Source: Octopus vulgaris (taxonomy: Eukaryota). Taken from it: DNA of 64,000 nt. Location of the stretch: NCBI GenBank assembly GCA_951406725.2, contig OX597823.1, forward strand, positions 1,798,001 through 1,862,000, read 5' to 3'. A model generated the notes under the pieces. It saw nothing but the letters and a program-made list of their open reading frames with translations. It was not told the DNA's origin and searched no databases. The translations under genes and the position numbers were made by a program. Positions within the stretch are counted from its first letter, which is position 1. The number at the start of each line of letters is the position of its first letter. Positions 1 through 15,900 of this stretch are shown here, in pieces.

Positions 1-630
1 GACCCCGCAGCCGACGCTCTGGAGCAGGAGTGAAGAACAGCTCTTTTGAGAGGTTACACTTTCCGCTTATGATGTTGTGAGCAAGAATGAGATCACCACG
101 GCATCGTCGTTTTTCTAGAGAATAAAGGTCGAGCGTCTTCAGCCTTTCTTCATAAGACAAATGCTTGAGACCAAGAACCATGCGGGTAGCCAGCTTCTGG
201 ACTCTTTCGAGATGCTGTATGTCTTTGAGGAGATAAGGAGAAGAGGCTTGAATCCCGTACTCCAATATGGGTCTCACCAGCATGACATAGAGTGGTAGGA
301 ATATGGCTGCTGTGAGCATTCCGAATGACCGTCGAATCAAAAACAGAACTCCGCGTGCTTTGTTGGCAGCATGGACGCACTGGGCCAAAGGCGAAAAGGA
401 AAAATCCACCAAGGTACCCAGGTCCTTTACCTGATCGGTCCTCTCCAGCAGCAGACGACCCGGCTCGAAATCAAGTTGAGTTGCAGGAGGAGAGCCAACA
501 GGCAGATGACAGCACTTTGACACGTTCAGACACAGGTCCCATTCGTTAGACCATCTCCAAACTCGGTGGAGGCATCATCGAAGATCATCTATATCACTGC
601 GAGGAGCGACCAGTTTGACATCGTCGGCAT
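1..630 (-). mobile_element. CR1-group LINE, RT C-terminal fragment (runs off the window edge)
   Basis: Manual minus-strand translation gives ADDVKLV...WSNEWDLCLNVSKC...LYVMLVRPILEYG...LERVQKLATRMV...SYEERLKTLDLYSLEKRR..GDLI, typical CR1 ORF2 motifs; same family at 32096-32446. Confidence 0.85.
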
Positions 631-1340
631 TGTTGTTGTTGCTGTTGCTGTTATTCTTATTCTTGTTGTTGTTGTTGGCAGTGGTGATGGTGGTGGTGTA
701 TGAAAGTTGTGATAAAAGGTATTCCAGCCGTGACTAACCCGTCTTTTATTTATTTTTCGAGTGTCCGGTTTTTGTGGGGTGGAGGAGATGATGGAGCCTG
801 ATTTAAGGCTGATTTATCTGCTATGTCTAGTAGATCAAACGACCACGATGTGCGTTGTGGGTCCTGATCATTCGTGGTAAGGTTTGTTACGTAGATGATG
901 AGGAGGAGGAAGAGGAGCAGGGGAGGGGAGGAGAAGAAGGAAGACGATTACTAGTGCTGTTGTTTAGCCCAAGGTCAGTCTTGATTGCGCACACTTATAC
1001 TAAAAGATGTTACAACTAAGACTATCGAATCTTATTTTCCGACATAAGTCTATCTAGGATTCTAGATTTCAAGGTGATTTGGCTGCGATTTCTAACAGGT
1101 CGATGAAGTATCAAAGAAATTACGGAGTTCAGCAAACGAAAGACGTTGGAAAATTGTCAGAAGAATTGGTCGAAAGGAATACGAAGTAGTTTTGATGGGG
1201 AGAGAGTGAGACCGGAACGATGTGGTGGTGATGATGCTGGGCAGGAATATGATGACTGGAGAAAAGTCACCCAAAAAGAAGCTATTTGACCAGAAGCAAA
1301 AATAAATGATGGTGGAAAAGTGTCACATTTGAAATAAACA

Positions 1341-1492
1341 CCGTATTTACTCGTATATAAATCGAACTCATGTATAAGTCGTACCCCTAATTTAGCGTTA
1401 AAGTTTGGTACAAATTTCCCCCCCATCATAATTTTAGCTTTACCCCGTACTTTTCTCGAGTAAATCGCACTAATAACACGAGAAAAATATTG
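1341..1492. mobile_element. possible Tc2/pogo-like MITE
   Basis: Starts CCGTATTTACTCGTAT and ends CACGAGAAAAATATTG, an imperfect inverted terminus; no ORF. Confidence 0.35.
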
Positions 1493-2447
1493 TGAAGTCC
1501 CAGTCAAATGTTGGAGTTGGTTTAATCGACTGTCCCCTACACTCTCACTAAAAAAACAAAAATTCTGGGTTTATGCTTCTCTAAAATTTCTGCTGATAAT
1601 ACAGAAAAGGCTAAAGTTCCATCCCGAGTGATGTGCACTCGCAAGGCTGGTTTCCTGGATTCTGTGGCATGTGTATTCTTCCCTCCCTAGATGGGACGCC
1701 ACTCCATCGCAATGCATCGCCCGGTCGAGGAATCGAAACTGCAACTTTACGATCATGAGTCCGACACGCTAAACCAATAAGTCATGAGCATCCGACAATA
1801 CATAATTGGTATACAAAGTCAACAACAACAACACTGAGAGGTATTAGTTTAGCTAAAAAGCGAGCAATTTGATGGGCGGGGGATCAATCGCTTAATATCG
1901 ATCCAGTGTTTGACAGGTAGCTTTATTTTATCGACCCTGGAATGGTGAAGGGCAAAAATTATCGCCGACGAAATTTGAATTCAGAATGTAAAAAAAATCG
2001 GAACAAATAGCACAAGACATTTTGTCCAATCCCTAAAGAATTCTACGCCTCCCTATCCTGACCTCCCCCAATCATTACATTTATGTAATGCAAAATAAAA
2101 AGACAATGTTTTCTATTCGAGCGAGGCTCGGCTCTCACTTCTTTCCTTCTCTCACTGTTTTGCTTTGGATCCGTTTCTTCAACAGCAAATCTTATAAAAC
2201 ACCACTTTGCGTCCCTTCATCTTTTCTGCCCACCATCCCTGCAAGAGTCGTCCTCAGGCTCCTCCTCTAAACCGTCGTTACGCTTTCCGTCTGTAAACCA
2301 ACCAGGCGTAACCAACCGAGACTATGGATACTATCCAATCATCCCGTTCTCGCTCTACTCCAACTTCTCCTCTTGGCTTCCAGAATATGTCTTGTGATTT
2401 CATTCCTGCAACTTTCTAATCGCATTCCACTTTCAACCTTTTATTGA

Positions 2448-2700
2448 AAGGTTCGATTCCCGGCGGCGCGTTGTGTTCTTGAACAAGACACTTTATGTCC
2501 CGCTGCTTCAGTCCACTCAGATAGCAAAATTAAGTAGTACCTGTATTTCAAAGGGCCAACTTTGTTACACTCTATGAGAATTAGATCAAATGAACACGTG
2601 TCTGTGGAGTACTCAGCCACTTGCATGGTAATTTCACGAGCAGGCTGTTCCGTTTATCGGATTGACTGGAACGTTCGTCGTCGTAACCGACGGAGGACCA
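2448..2700 (+). mobile_element. SINE family C, 5'-truncated
   Basis: B-box GGTTCGATTCC; body and tail (CACGTGTCTGTGGAGTACTCAGCCACTTGCA...TCGTCGTAACCGACGGAG) shared with 48566-48950. Confidence 0.7.
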
Positions 2701-3529
2701 GTTTATTTGTTTCCTTTATTATCTTTCCAGGCTGCGTCTCTAAACTAAACAGATCCATTAAAGTTAGCTTCTAATTACGAATCCAGTTAACCGCTTCCTG
2801 AAACAAAAAACAACAGACCCTCATTAGACGGGATTGGAGTTCTTCCACCTGGTCACTTGACATGATGGAAATAGCAGTCAAGTCTTCCTCAAACTTCATT
2901 CTATCTTTTTAGCAAAAGAACACATTGGCTGATTAATTGAAGCTATTGATCACATATCAGTTCGATCAGGGCAGTTATTGATAAACAACCACCCACAGTG
3001 ATGCACTCTCTGCCGCCCGTCCACATTCAAAATTAACATCCACCCACACGGAAACAAATACCAACAGCGAAAGACAATAACGTTTAACATTTGTTCATAC
3101 AAAATAGAGCGGAGGGGGCGGCTAGAAAATGGTGGCCGAGCAGAAAAACAGGTAAACGAAGAACTCGACGACGACCATGATTATTCACAGCAGTTTCCAA
3201 AGGATTAACCTTAATATAATTTTAATGCTTCGCTGCTTAATATATCTCAGTTCTAACTACAGAGCACTCTATATATTGAAAACAGACACAAGACCTTTAT
3301 GTTGTACAAGATTTCTCAACATTGGATCGACGGGCGTCCCGGAATTTGATTCTGACAGATATGCGATGCAGGATATCTGCAGAAAATATCAAATCGCATC
3401 AAGACATTTAGTTGTCTGCGAGTAATTCCTTTTTCGGTGAGATTACCGAGGAAAATGGACGACAATAGGAAGATGCGCAGAAGTCGAGGCAGAAGAAAAA
3501 GAATCTGCTTTATTTTATATCTATATATG

Positions 3530-4990
<1,461 letters not shown>

Positions 4991-5299
4991 TCCATCTTGA
5001 CAGATGATAGCCATCTCAACCTATATCGTCCCGATGTGTTCTCTGACATGATTCTTAAGACCAGCTTTGATTTTCAAGACTGCAAATCTATTTGACAGAT
5101 AAGACCCCAAACTCCTACAGTGATTCTATATTTATGGCCTGGAAGTCTCATGCACTTCTATATATCTTCTCCATCCCAAGTGAACGCAACAGATTTTTCC
5201 ACACAGGCCTCGTTACAATAGAAACCGAACGATATCCTTGTTAAATGCCTCTTGGTTTCACAAATCATGGTGTGATTTCATATGGTTTATGTAGTCAAT

Positions 5300-5900
5300 T
5301 TTTGACAAATATCGGCAACAAAGACTGCATTTCCAATTCTTAATCTCATCTAGAGCATCCGTGGTACTTCTTTTTGTCAAAGTACGGTTTAACTTGACAA
5401 GATGGCATTTGGTTCACTCAAAACTAACAATTCCTTCTTTCACCAGGGACCTCCATCCATTTCTATCAGACACTTTCTGTTCCAAGAATTGAACATCCAT
5501 TTTCAATTTCACTTCGTTATGAATACAGTTCTTGTACCATTTCTAAAATTTATGTTGTGGTCATTTTCCAAACAGCCGCTGGGACCGTCTCACCTCTGAC
5601 ACACATGCGAAGGTGCCCTGCCCATCGCATCTTATTCTGTAATGCATGTGGCTCAAAAGAAACGCTGGTTGCCCTCTGAATTACTTCCGTATCGCATAGC
5701 AAATCAGCCTGTTATATATTCCATATTCTTTTAAGGAATTTTGGTGGAATTTCTCACGTATTTTTACATGGCTAATATGAGTAGTGTATCTCTCACAAGC
5801 ACACAAGAGCGGTGTCAGTATGCACCTTCGGTAACGCTGATCTTTGTGTGTGCTGTAACACCTCAGTTTGACCGAAGGCCTTTTCTCAAGTTGACCGGTC
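5300..5900 (-). mobile_element. degenerate RTE LINE 3' fragment
   Basis: Minus-strand remnants ILTPLLCACE, EKFHQ, MRWAGHL, DRNGWRSLV resemble the RTE ORF C-terminus. Confidence 0.6.
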
Positions 5901-6007
5901 AACTGCCGTAGCTGATAGTTTCAGTTTTCAGTATAATTTCAGAATGTGTATGTATGTGTGCATATCTATATATGTATATGTTTATGTGTGCCTAAATATA
6001 TATATAG

Positions 6008-6093
<86 letters not shown>

Positions 6094-6149
6094 TGAGAGA
6101 GAGGGTAGACAGACATAGATATACTTACATGTATACATATACACCAATG

Positions 6150-6269
<120 letters not shown>

Positions 6270-6389
6270 GCATATATGTATATACACATGTACATATGTA
6301 CATATATATATATATACACATCCACACATATGCGCATGCATAATATATATATATACGCATATAAATATACACAGATAGGCGCAGGAGTG

Positions 6390-6565
6390 ACAACCGATGC
6401 TGGTGTGTTTACGTCCCCGTCACTTAGCGGTTCGGCAAAAGAGACCGATAGAATAAGTACTGGGCTTACAAAGAATAAGTCCCGGGGTCGATTTGCTCGA
6501 CTAAAGGCGGTGCTCCAGCATGGCCGCAGTCAAATGACTGAAACAAGTAAAAGAGTAAAAGAGTA
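6390..6565 (+). mobile_element. SINE family B, 3' part
   Basis: GTGTTTACGTCCCCGT...GGCGGTGCTCCAGCATGGCCGCAGTCAAATGACTGAAACAAGTAAAAGAG; recurs near 33620, 43080 and 51390. Confidence 0.8.
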
Positions 6566-6747
6566 GATATATATACACACACACACACATACACACATAT
6601 GCATATATATAGAGAGAGGGGGAGCTGAGAGAAGGGTGAGAAGATAGGTAATGCGTATATATATGCAAATTAAGGATATAAAGGCACAATAAAGAATTCG
6701 TTAAAATTGAGTTGAAGAAGTTGAAATATAAAATGTTATGTCCTTAC

Positions 6748-6930
6748 CATTTTCTGATCGAGCATATTTCGACTCACCACAGCATGTATATTCCTGGGAT
6801 GGGTGCTAAGTCTTTTACTGATCTGACCTTGGATGGGGGAACTCTGTAATAATGTCCAGATATTGCAGAAACATAACGAAAAACTGTTTAGGAACAAAAG
6901 GACTTCAAAATATCGATTTTCACGTTTCAT
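6748..6930 (-). CDS. candidate first coding exon segment of a host secreted or membrane protein (exon 7101-6748 including 5'UTR)
   Basis: Acceptor TCTTTCATTTACAG ending at 7102; no ATG until ACAACATG at 6930; MKRENRYFEVLLFLNSFSLCFC is signal-peptide-like; in-frame donors GTG|GTGAGT (6777) and ATG|GTAAGG (6747); not repeated in this window. Confidence 0.5.
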
Positions 6931-7742
6931 GTTGTATTTTCTTGTTGTTTCTCTATTTGGTATTGATGAAAACAAATCAATCAATTTTATCTTCAATCAA
7001 ACTAAATCCCTCGTCTGGCGATATTGCAAATATTATCGTCTGCTTTGATGATTTAACTCAAGAATATACCTATTATAAACGCGGTAGGAGGTGAATGGAG
7101 TCTGTAAATGAAAGATTTAACAGCATAAATTTATTCAGCTGATAAATATTTTGTTGGTTTCGGATGATATCAAATCAAATAAATCTGTATTTATTTGTCC
7201 GTAATTTCTTTGAATGTGTGTAAGATTTAAACGATTTTTTTCTGTCACTTGAAATAAATATCACAAAAGAAAATGGCGGAAAAGCATAAAATATAAATAC
7301 ATGTCTGTGTATGTATGTGCAAATAAAAAAGTTATTGTTGTATTTATATAAATATGATATTATCGATTAGATTGTTATTGCCAGTATTTCTGCTATAGCC
7401 ATTTGTTTCATTAAATGTTTTAAGAGTCGGAAGCAAAAGTCTTGCTGGCGTTTTGTTTGCTCCAAAGCTGTTTAGAATCTCGGTTGTTTCAAAACGTGAT
7501 TTTGTCAGGTGGCAGAATAAATGGCAGAAACATCTGAGGAGAGAAATTCACCATTCCATTTGAAAAATAAAAGTGAAAAAGCGAAACCTTGAGATACCTT
7601 TAAAGGGTCAGGTGGATCCCTCTTAACTAGTCTTACAAAGTTGAGCGCAGTTTCTTTTATATATGTATGTGTGTATGTGTATTTGTGCATAGATAGATAT
7701 GCGTATATGAATACGTGTGTGTCAGTAGACATACACATACAT

Positions 7743-7789
<47 letters not shown>

Positions 7790-8654
7790 CGTGTGGGGGT
7801 TGTATTTGTGTAAGTGAATAGTAAATAGAGGTTTAGTTGACACCTACACTGACAATATAATTTAAATGCGGAAAGCATACACACGCGCGCCCGCGCGAGC
7901 AGATGGCGAAACTGAAATTAAAAACTGAAGAATGGAGGGGAGGGGAAGAGAAGAGGGGGACTTAGAAGGGTGGGGAAGTTGGGGAAGTTGGGATATTTGT
8001 GTGAGGTGGGGGATGTGTATGTGTGAATGTGTGCGTATATGTGTGTGTATAGGTGTGGTAAAGTGGATGTTGAAGTATAAAAGTGATAAAATGTGTAAGT
8101 GTTGGGGATGTGGGTGTAGAGGGGGGTGTGTAGATAACAGCGTCATGACCACATTGTGGTGGGGATGGGAGGGGGGGCAAGATGAGGGGGTAAAGTTTTA
8201 AAACAACAACAACAAAAGTTGGAGAAAAGAAGAAGGATAAATGCAAAAAAAGAGAGAAGAAAGAATTGAAAGAAAGGAACGAAGAGAAAAGAAGAAAATA
8301 AAGAAGTAAGACTGCGAGGCGGTGGCGGTGGGGGTTAATGAATGAGAGAGGAAAGAGGAAGGAGAGAAGGAGAGTAAAGAAAGAAAAACTGTAATGCCAT
8401 ATTGAAGGAAAGAGATGAAGGGAAGAAAGAAGAAGAAGAAGAAGAAGAAGAAGAAGAAGAAGAAGAAGAAGATGGAAGGAAGGAAGGAAGGAAGGAAGGA
8501 AAAGCGCGATGACAGTCGTGTCAACGGTGTCACGACCACAAACATACACACACACTCTCTCTCACACACACACACTTTATACATCTGTGCTTATTAGTGC
8601 TTGCTTATGGCTGTGCATATATATGCACGCATGTATATATATTATACACACATA

Positions 8655-8687
<33 letters not shown>

Positions 8688-8693
8688 GAGTGA

Positions 8694-8735
<42 letters not shown>

Positions 8736-8832
8736 GTAAATACGTATATATATATTATATATATATGTATGTATGTATGAATATATGTATGTATGTATTA
8801 TGCATGTATATAAGAAAAGAAATGTGTGTATG

Positions 8833-8869
<37 letters not shown>

Positions 8870-9226
8870 AAAAAAGAATCAAAACTCAACCCCAAAAACT
8901 AAATGTCACGTGCCAGTGTCTGTCGGGGTTTTTCATTTTGTTTTATTTTTTCTCTCTTATTTACTGTCTTTTATTTTCATCTGCCAAAAGTTTGTCAGGG
9001 TCTTAATATCAGATCAGCAAGTGGTTAAAGTGGGGGGTGGGGTGTAGCAAAGGGTGTGATGGCAGTATGAGACTATGTGGCGAGGGGTGGGTATGCATGT
9101 CCGTGTGTGGGGAGAGAGTTACAAGGGTGTGTTTGGCAAGATGGCTACGACTGAAGTAGGATGGTGGCGGTGCCAGGCGGAGCTTGCCGAAAATGAAAAA
9201 AATTAAAATGACGTGACCGTTTGTTT

Positions 9227-9280
<54 letters not shown>

Positions 9281-9369
9281 TTGTAGTAGACGATGTCCGC
9301 GTAAACTAAAATGCAGTCCAAGTTCAGACAGATAAGAGAGAGAGAGAGAGAGAGAGCAGACAGACAGAT

Positions 9370-9404
<35 letters not shown>

Positions 9405-10277
9405 CAGACAGACAGATAAGTAGAGAGAGACAGACATACAGACAGGCAGGCAGACAGAGACAGACAGCGACACACACACACAGACAGATAAATAAATAGA
9501 CAAAGAGACAGAAAGGCAGGCAGACAGATATGTGGTCGCTCGTGGCTAGAAATACCAGCCAAATCTCCCTGAAATTACACCAAGTAAATGTTCACATAAA
9601 GCAAAGTTATGTTGGGCAATGAAGAACTAGACAAATGCCAAGAGGATGGTAATGGCGGGGGGGGGGATACCCTTGATCTTCGATCTGCTCAACCAGGGTT
9701 GGCCTGGGGCTAAATAACAACCAGCTTTACAGTCACCCCTCCTTCTCTGAATCCACCACCACCACCACCACCACCACCATCTCTGTCAGCCACCAGTATT
9801 GCCACCATCAACAACCACATCCACAACTACCACCCCTACACCTCCACCAAAACCATCATCACCACCATAACAACCACGACCACCACCGCCGTCAAAATCC
9901 CCACCATCGCCACCACAACTCACCGCCACCCATTAGTGGCATGTTGCCATACTTGCCATTGGTAAGTCAACACAAAAAGACCAACAAAAGTTGGTCGAGT
10001 GACATTTTAATTTATAGCGAATTATCAGTAATTTGAATCAAAACATCCACCCTTAATGGAAGTTGACACAACTCAGCACCACCGCAGCCGCCGCCACCCG
10101 ACACCCGACATACGCTTTACAGCATTCAGTTCGATGCGGCCGGTTTCTTAGTTCACCTCTTGTCTGTATTGATTGTTTTACTTTGACAGCCCTTCATATG
10201 CAACACCCTTAGGGTCCGGTACCTGAAGAAAGAAAGAGAGAAAGAAAGAAACTAACTGGGTAGGAGAAAAATGCAAG

Positions 10278-10676
<399 letters not shown>

Positions 10677-11005
10677 TGTTTCTTTATTAGCCACACAGGG
10701 CTGCACACAGACGGGACAGATTACAAAGTAGAGCTTTTTGGAAAAAAAGAAGTGGGGTAGGTTTTCGATCAAAAGGGATCGTAAGAGGGAAAGAAGAAAA
10801 AAAAAAGGAAAAGAAACAAAAGAAAAAAGAAGAAAAAAAGAAAGGAAAAAAGGGGAAAAAGAAAAAACAATCAATAGGGATCGTGTATCACAGTGTCATG
10901 ATGTACGGTGTAGAGGGGGAAGCAGATAAGGTTTATCCGTGCAAAGAAAAGCCTACGGAAAAGACCACGGTAACCTCGGTCAATATTGTTACATGTTACC
11001 ACATT
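10677..11005 (-). mobile_element. L1/Tx1-like 3' end abutting (TATC)n
   Basis: Minus-strand end TGTGCAGCCCTGTGTGGCTAATAAAGAAA resembles the Tx1 3' end at 59101-59130. Confidence 0.5.
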
Positions 11006-12049
11006 TGTTTGCAAGTGGGTAACCCACTGTTTTCAATTTCTGGGTTCATAGGATCATGCTCAAGGTGGCTTCGTCATTCATACGTGCCATCCTTGCTACA
11101 TTCACCCGTCTTTTTTAAAAACATTCGCTAGACAAAACTTGCCTCTCTACTCACACTTTCCTTTTCAAGTGATACTTGAAGAAGTTGATGAGAGATTGTC
11201 CAGAGAGTTCAAATTCTGCCGGGGTCAACTTTGCCGTTTATCATCTTGGAGGTCATTAAAAATAGAAGGGCAGTCAGTTGCCGGGGGGGGGGGTCTTCTT
11301 AATCAACTAAACTCACCACATCCCTAAATTTTAGGCCTGGTGACCATCTCAGAAATTATTGGTTTCAAATATTGGCATAAGGCAATCTCGGGGGGAGGGG
11401 TTGAGTCGATTACGTCGACCCCAGGGCTCAACTGATATTTATCTCATCGACCCCAAAAGAACGAAAGGCAAAGTCTTTGATGAGAGAAAAGTTAATGGCT
11501 ATTTCAGGCCGGAAAGGGACACAAGAAGAAACCAAAGATCCACGGGGTTTGTTTATTACATGGACACTGTGTTACTTGACATAAAAGAATGCCATAACGC
11601 ATACTGAGGGTGGGTTGCGGAGTAGTGTCTATTAGATCGACTCAAGCACTTCATTGGTGCGTCATTTATCAAAGCCAGGAGAAAGGAAACGTCGACTCTG
11701 GTAGGATACGAACTCAGAACGGAAAGGAACACAACTAGCAAGTGTAGATCAGTTTATCAACCGCTCTGCTGATTCTGAAAATCTACAACGTTGAAAATAA
11801 AATTTGATTAAATTGAGTTGTCCTACCCCGCATCCAGAATCAGTAACCCTATCATTGACCCTATTTTCCACAAACCTCTATACCAGTTGTTCTCAACCTT
11901 TTTTTTTCTTTCTTTTTTTACGTATGAACCCCTTGAGTTATTTTATGATACTGATTAAAGAAAACGAATAGTCGTAGAAAGATCTCGATGCCCCGGAAAA
12001 TTCACTGTAAAGTAATTAATTATATTAATTATATATATTTATATTAATA

Positions 12050-12934
12050 CGAGGGGTACCCAAAAGTAACCAGAAACGTTCTCTGTGGGACGAGCCCGTT
12101 GTAGTTCAGGCTACTGCTGCTAGAAGCCACTTGATGCGACCCTCAGGCATCAGTCTGCCAACCGGCGTCGTCGGTTAGACTCTACTGCGTCGTGGTACGT
12201 TTTTGCTTTGCTGTGCTTCTCCCCTGTTCGTCGATTCTTGCGATGGCTGAAACAAAGGAACAGCATGCTTCCGTGAAAATCTGTTTTCTGCTGGGGAAAA
12301 CAGCAGCCAAAACAGTTGTCATGTTTCAAACAGCTTACAAGGATGCTGCCATGAGCAAAACACAAGTTTACGAGTGGTTTCCATGCTTTAGGAATGGTCA
12401 TTTGAAGACCAGCCTTGTTCAGGACGACCTGAACGAATGAAAACGTCATGAAAATTCCTGAACTAATCTTGGTCAACCATCACAAGACAATTGATGAACT
12501 TTCTGATACGACTGGTGTTTCCCGGAGCTCCTGCCAACAAATTCCAAGTGAGGAATTGTGAATGGAAAGAGCTGCAGCAAAATTTGTGCCACACTTACTC
12601 ACAGAAGATCGGAAACAGTCACAACTGAATGCATGTCATGGAACTGAAAGAACAGCCGGAAGTTGATCCGGACCTTTTTTTGGAAGGTCATCACTGGTGA
12701 CGAAAACTGGTGCTACGGAATTTGCAGATGTGGAAGAGGTGAAGAAAAGAAACGACGGAAAGGTTAAAAGACATCACTTCGCAGGAGTTGCAGCTCTGCT
12801 TTGAATAGAAAACGTGCTTGGACTGATGGAGTGCGTCAAATGGAGAATACTTTGAAAGTGATTAAAGCGTAAATACATAGAACTGAGGGAAGGAAATAAT
12901 ACTGCAAAATTCCAGTTTCTTTTGGTTACTCCCT

Positions 12935-12936
<2 letters not shown>
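12050..12936 (+). mobile_element. internally deleted mariner transposon
   Basis: Imperfect TIRs CGAGGGGTACCCAAAAGTAACCAGAA / TTCCAGTTTCTTTTGGTTACTCCCTCG; left TA; transposase remnants VKICFLLGKTA, QVYEWF, AAKFVPHLL, ITGDENW. Confidence 0.9.
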
Positions 12937-12968
<32 letters not shown>

Positions 12969-12989
12969 AGAGTTTTGTCGCGTGTCCAT

Positions 12990-15900
12990 AATTCATTTGG
13001 TTTCTCCTTGACCACTTGTTTCTCCTCTGTCCGTGTTTATTCCTCTCATGACTAATGAGGCCGATTCTTGCATGGAAGTGTCTGCTGCAAAATTCACAAG
13101 GAATCCGTGGTGGAGGCTTTGCTTGTTGCAGCCTCCGTTTTCTTTCTTCTTCTTTCCTCTGTCGTTCATCACAATGGAGATGAAATGATGCCTGTCCTGA
13201 TCTTCAATGTCCCAGGCTTTGGGATCGATTCCAGTCAGTTTTAGGCTTTGCTTCAGCTGGTCCTTGTATCGACGGCCACGGAGTCTACTTCCGGTGGAAA
13301 GTTCACCATGTAAAATTTGACGAGGCAGTCTGCTTTCTTTCGTTATTGCTACGTGGCCCGTCCATCTCAGACGATGTTTCCGGACGCTGGCCTCGATGCT
13401 GCTGATTTTCGTTCCTCCAAAACGGAGACATCGAGCATATAATCGTTCCATTTGATATTCATAATACAGCGAAGCTTCTGTTGGTGAAATCGCTCTAATA
13501 TTTTGATGCCACTTGGGTAAAGAGTCCAGATTTCACAACCGTAGATGAGAGTGGAGATCACGACTGCTCTTGGTAGACACTCAATTTTGTTTTGTGGTTC
13601 AGATCTTTGTTCTTAAAGACCCTTTTCGCGTGTCCACCAAATGCGGTGTGAGCTGTTCTTAATCAGTTCTCCACGTCCTTTTCTGATGTGCACTTATTCG
13701 AAAACAAACTTCCTAAGTATGAAAAGTGGTTGACTTTCCCCAGTGGTGTCTCCGAGATGGTAATTTCTCTAGTACAGGGATTACATATCAAAACCAATCG
13801 TCTGAAGACTTCCTCATCACTGGAGGATTAAAAAAAAGATGCGTTTTAGCCGCAACGGGTTGTGCCAAAATTTGTGTCTTTTTGGTGTTGACCTTTAGGT
13901 GAAGTTATTCACCGATTGTTGAAGCTGTTCATTGGAGCGGCAGAGTGCTGCGTTGTCATCAGTACACTAGGTTCAGTGACCTTTTGCTTCCTGGTTAGTC
14001 TTCATGACTTCAATCTGGCAAGGGTGAAACACCACCCCGACGTCATATTGCTACCTAATGTTGACTTCTGGATTGTCCGAAGGCAGTTCATAAAACATTG
14101 CTGCAAGGTACAGCATCGTTGCGGCTAAAACGCATCTTTTTTTAATCCTCCAGTGATGGGGAAGTTTTCAGACGGTTGGTTTTGATATGTAATCCCTGCA
14201 CTAGAGAAATTAACTGATCTGGACAGCCGAAGGGTCGGAGGACCTTCCACATTGCAAGCCTTGGGACAGCATCAAGGGCCGTTCCCAGATCGTAGAAAAC
14301 AAAATAGAGATGTTTTTGTTGTTCTCTACTCTTTTCTTGTATTCGTCGAGTACAAAAGATCAGTTGTCCCTCTGGATGGTCGAAATCCACATTGTGATTC
14401 GGATAGGGCTTCCTCCGCGATAATTTGCAGACGATCCAGGAGCCTTGTAAAGATTTTCCCTGCAGTGGAGAGCAGTGAGATGTCACGAGAGTTCCCACTG
14501 ATCTTTCTATTTCCTTTTTTTTTTTTTTTGAAGATTGTAATAATAACAGCATCTTTGAGGTCTTTGGGAACATGGCGGTTCTTCCACATTCGGAGAATCA
14601 ATGTGAACAGACTGGTATTTAATAGTAGTCCACCATGTTTTAGAAGTTCTACTGGGATGTTATCTGGACCAGGAGACATCAGCTACTTCATGCGGTTGAG
14701 GGCAATCTGGTACTCTTTGTAGGATGGTGGCGGGTTCATCCAGTGTCGAGTTAGATGCATGGATACGTTCTTCAAGAAATCTTCCGACTCGTTGGAGTCT
14801 TGGTTCAGAAGACTCGAGAAGTGCTCTCTCCAGCGTTGAAGGATATCTTGTGGGTCCGTCAGGATGGTGGTGGAGTCTACTGATTGAAGAGACCCTGTTG
14901 ATGATCTCATAGGCCCAAAAAGTTCCTTCGCTCCTGCGTAGAAGCAGCTGAGGTGATGGGCGTCAACATACCCTTGGAGTTCAATAGCTTTTTGTTGCCT
15001 AGTCGTTCTGCATCTCAATTTTGTTTGGCATTGTCTTTTGAGGTCCTGATATCTCACCTTCTTGTGCCGCGATCTTGGATTTTGCTTATTAGAGAGGCGG
15101 GTTTGCCGTTTTGCATTGATCAGCTGACTGGTTTCTTGATCATTGTCTTCTTTTGCTGTACCCGAGGGTGTTTTCAGCCAATTCAGTGATGCTTTTTCGA
15201 AGTGTGCTCCATTCCTTATCCATATCCTGGTTGTCAGATGGGATGGATTGAAGGTGTCTGAGAATGGAAGATGCACAAAGGGAGCTGATCTCTGGGTTGT
15301 TAAGCTTCGATATATCAAATTTTCTTCTGACTAGTTTTGTTTTTCCAGTCTTCGGTCTGCTGTTAACCATTGTTCGAAGGCGGGTGATGACTAGATGATG
15401 GTCTGTCCAGCAATCGCCAGCGCCGTTAGCCGTTCGCGTGATGAGGACGTTTCTTTTGTTTGCCAATAGAGGTGCCAATGTTTCGAACTGGGATGCTTCC
15501 AGGTGGTCTTAAAGCAATTTGGAAGTCGAAATTGGTGTTGGTGATGAAGAGAGTGTTCAGCGCACAACCCAAGGAGCAAGAGACCATTTTCATTGCAGTT
15601 TTCGACTTCTTTGTTGATAACATTCTCTCATAGCCTCTTGTCTCTCTCCACTTTTTGCATTGAAATCCCCGTGGACGAGGAGGAGGAGGAGCAGGAGGAG
15701 CTTATCATTTGGTGGTGCATTGAGGATCAGGTCACTTAGCTGTTGGTAGAAGGTGTTTTTCACATTGTCGTTGGCATCAAGTGTAGGTGCTTAAGCAGAG
15801 ATCAGTGTCATAAAGGTGATGGCAGAGATCGGTATTCGGAGAGTAATAAGCCGTTCATTGATGACAGAAGGTTCCAGATGGTTTTCCTTCACAAGTTTGG

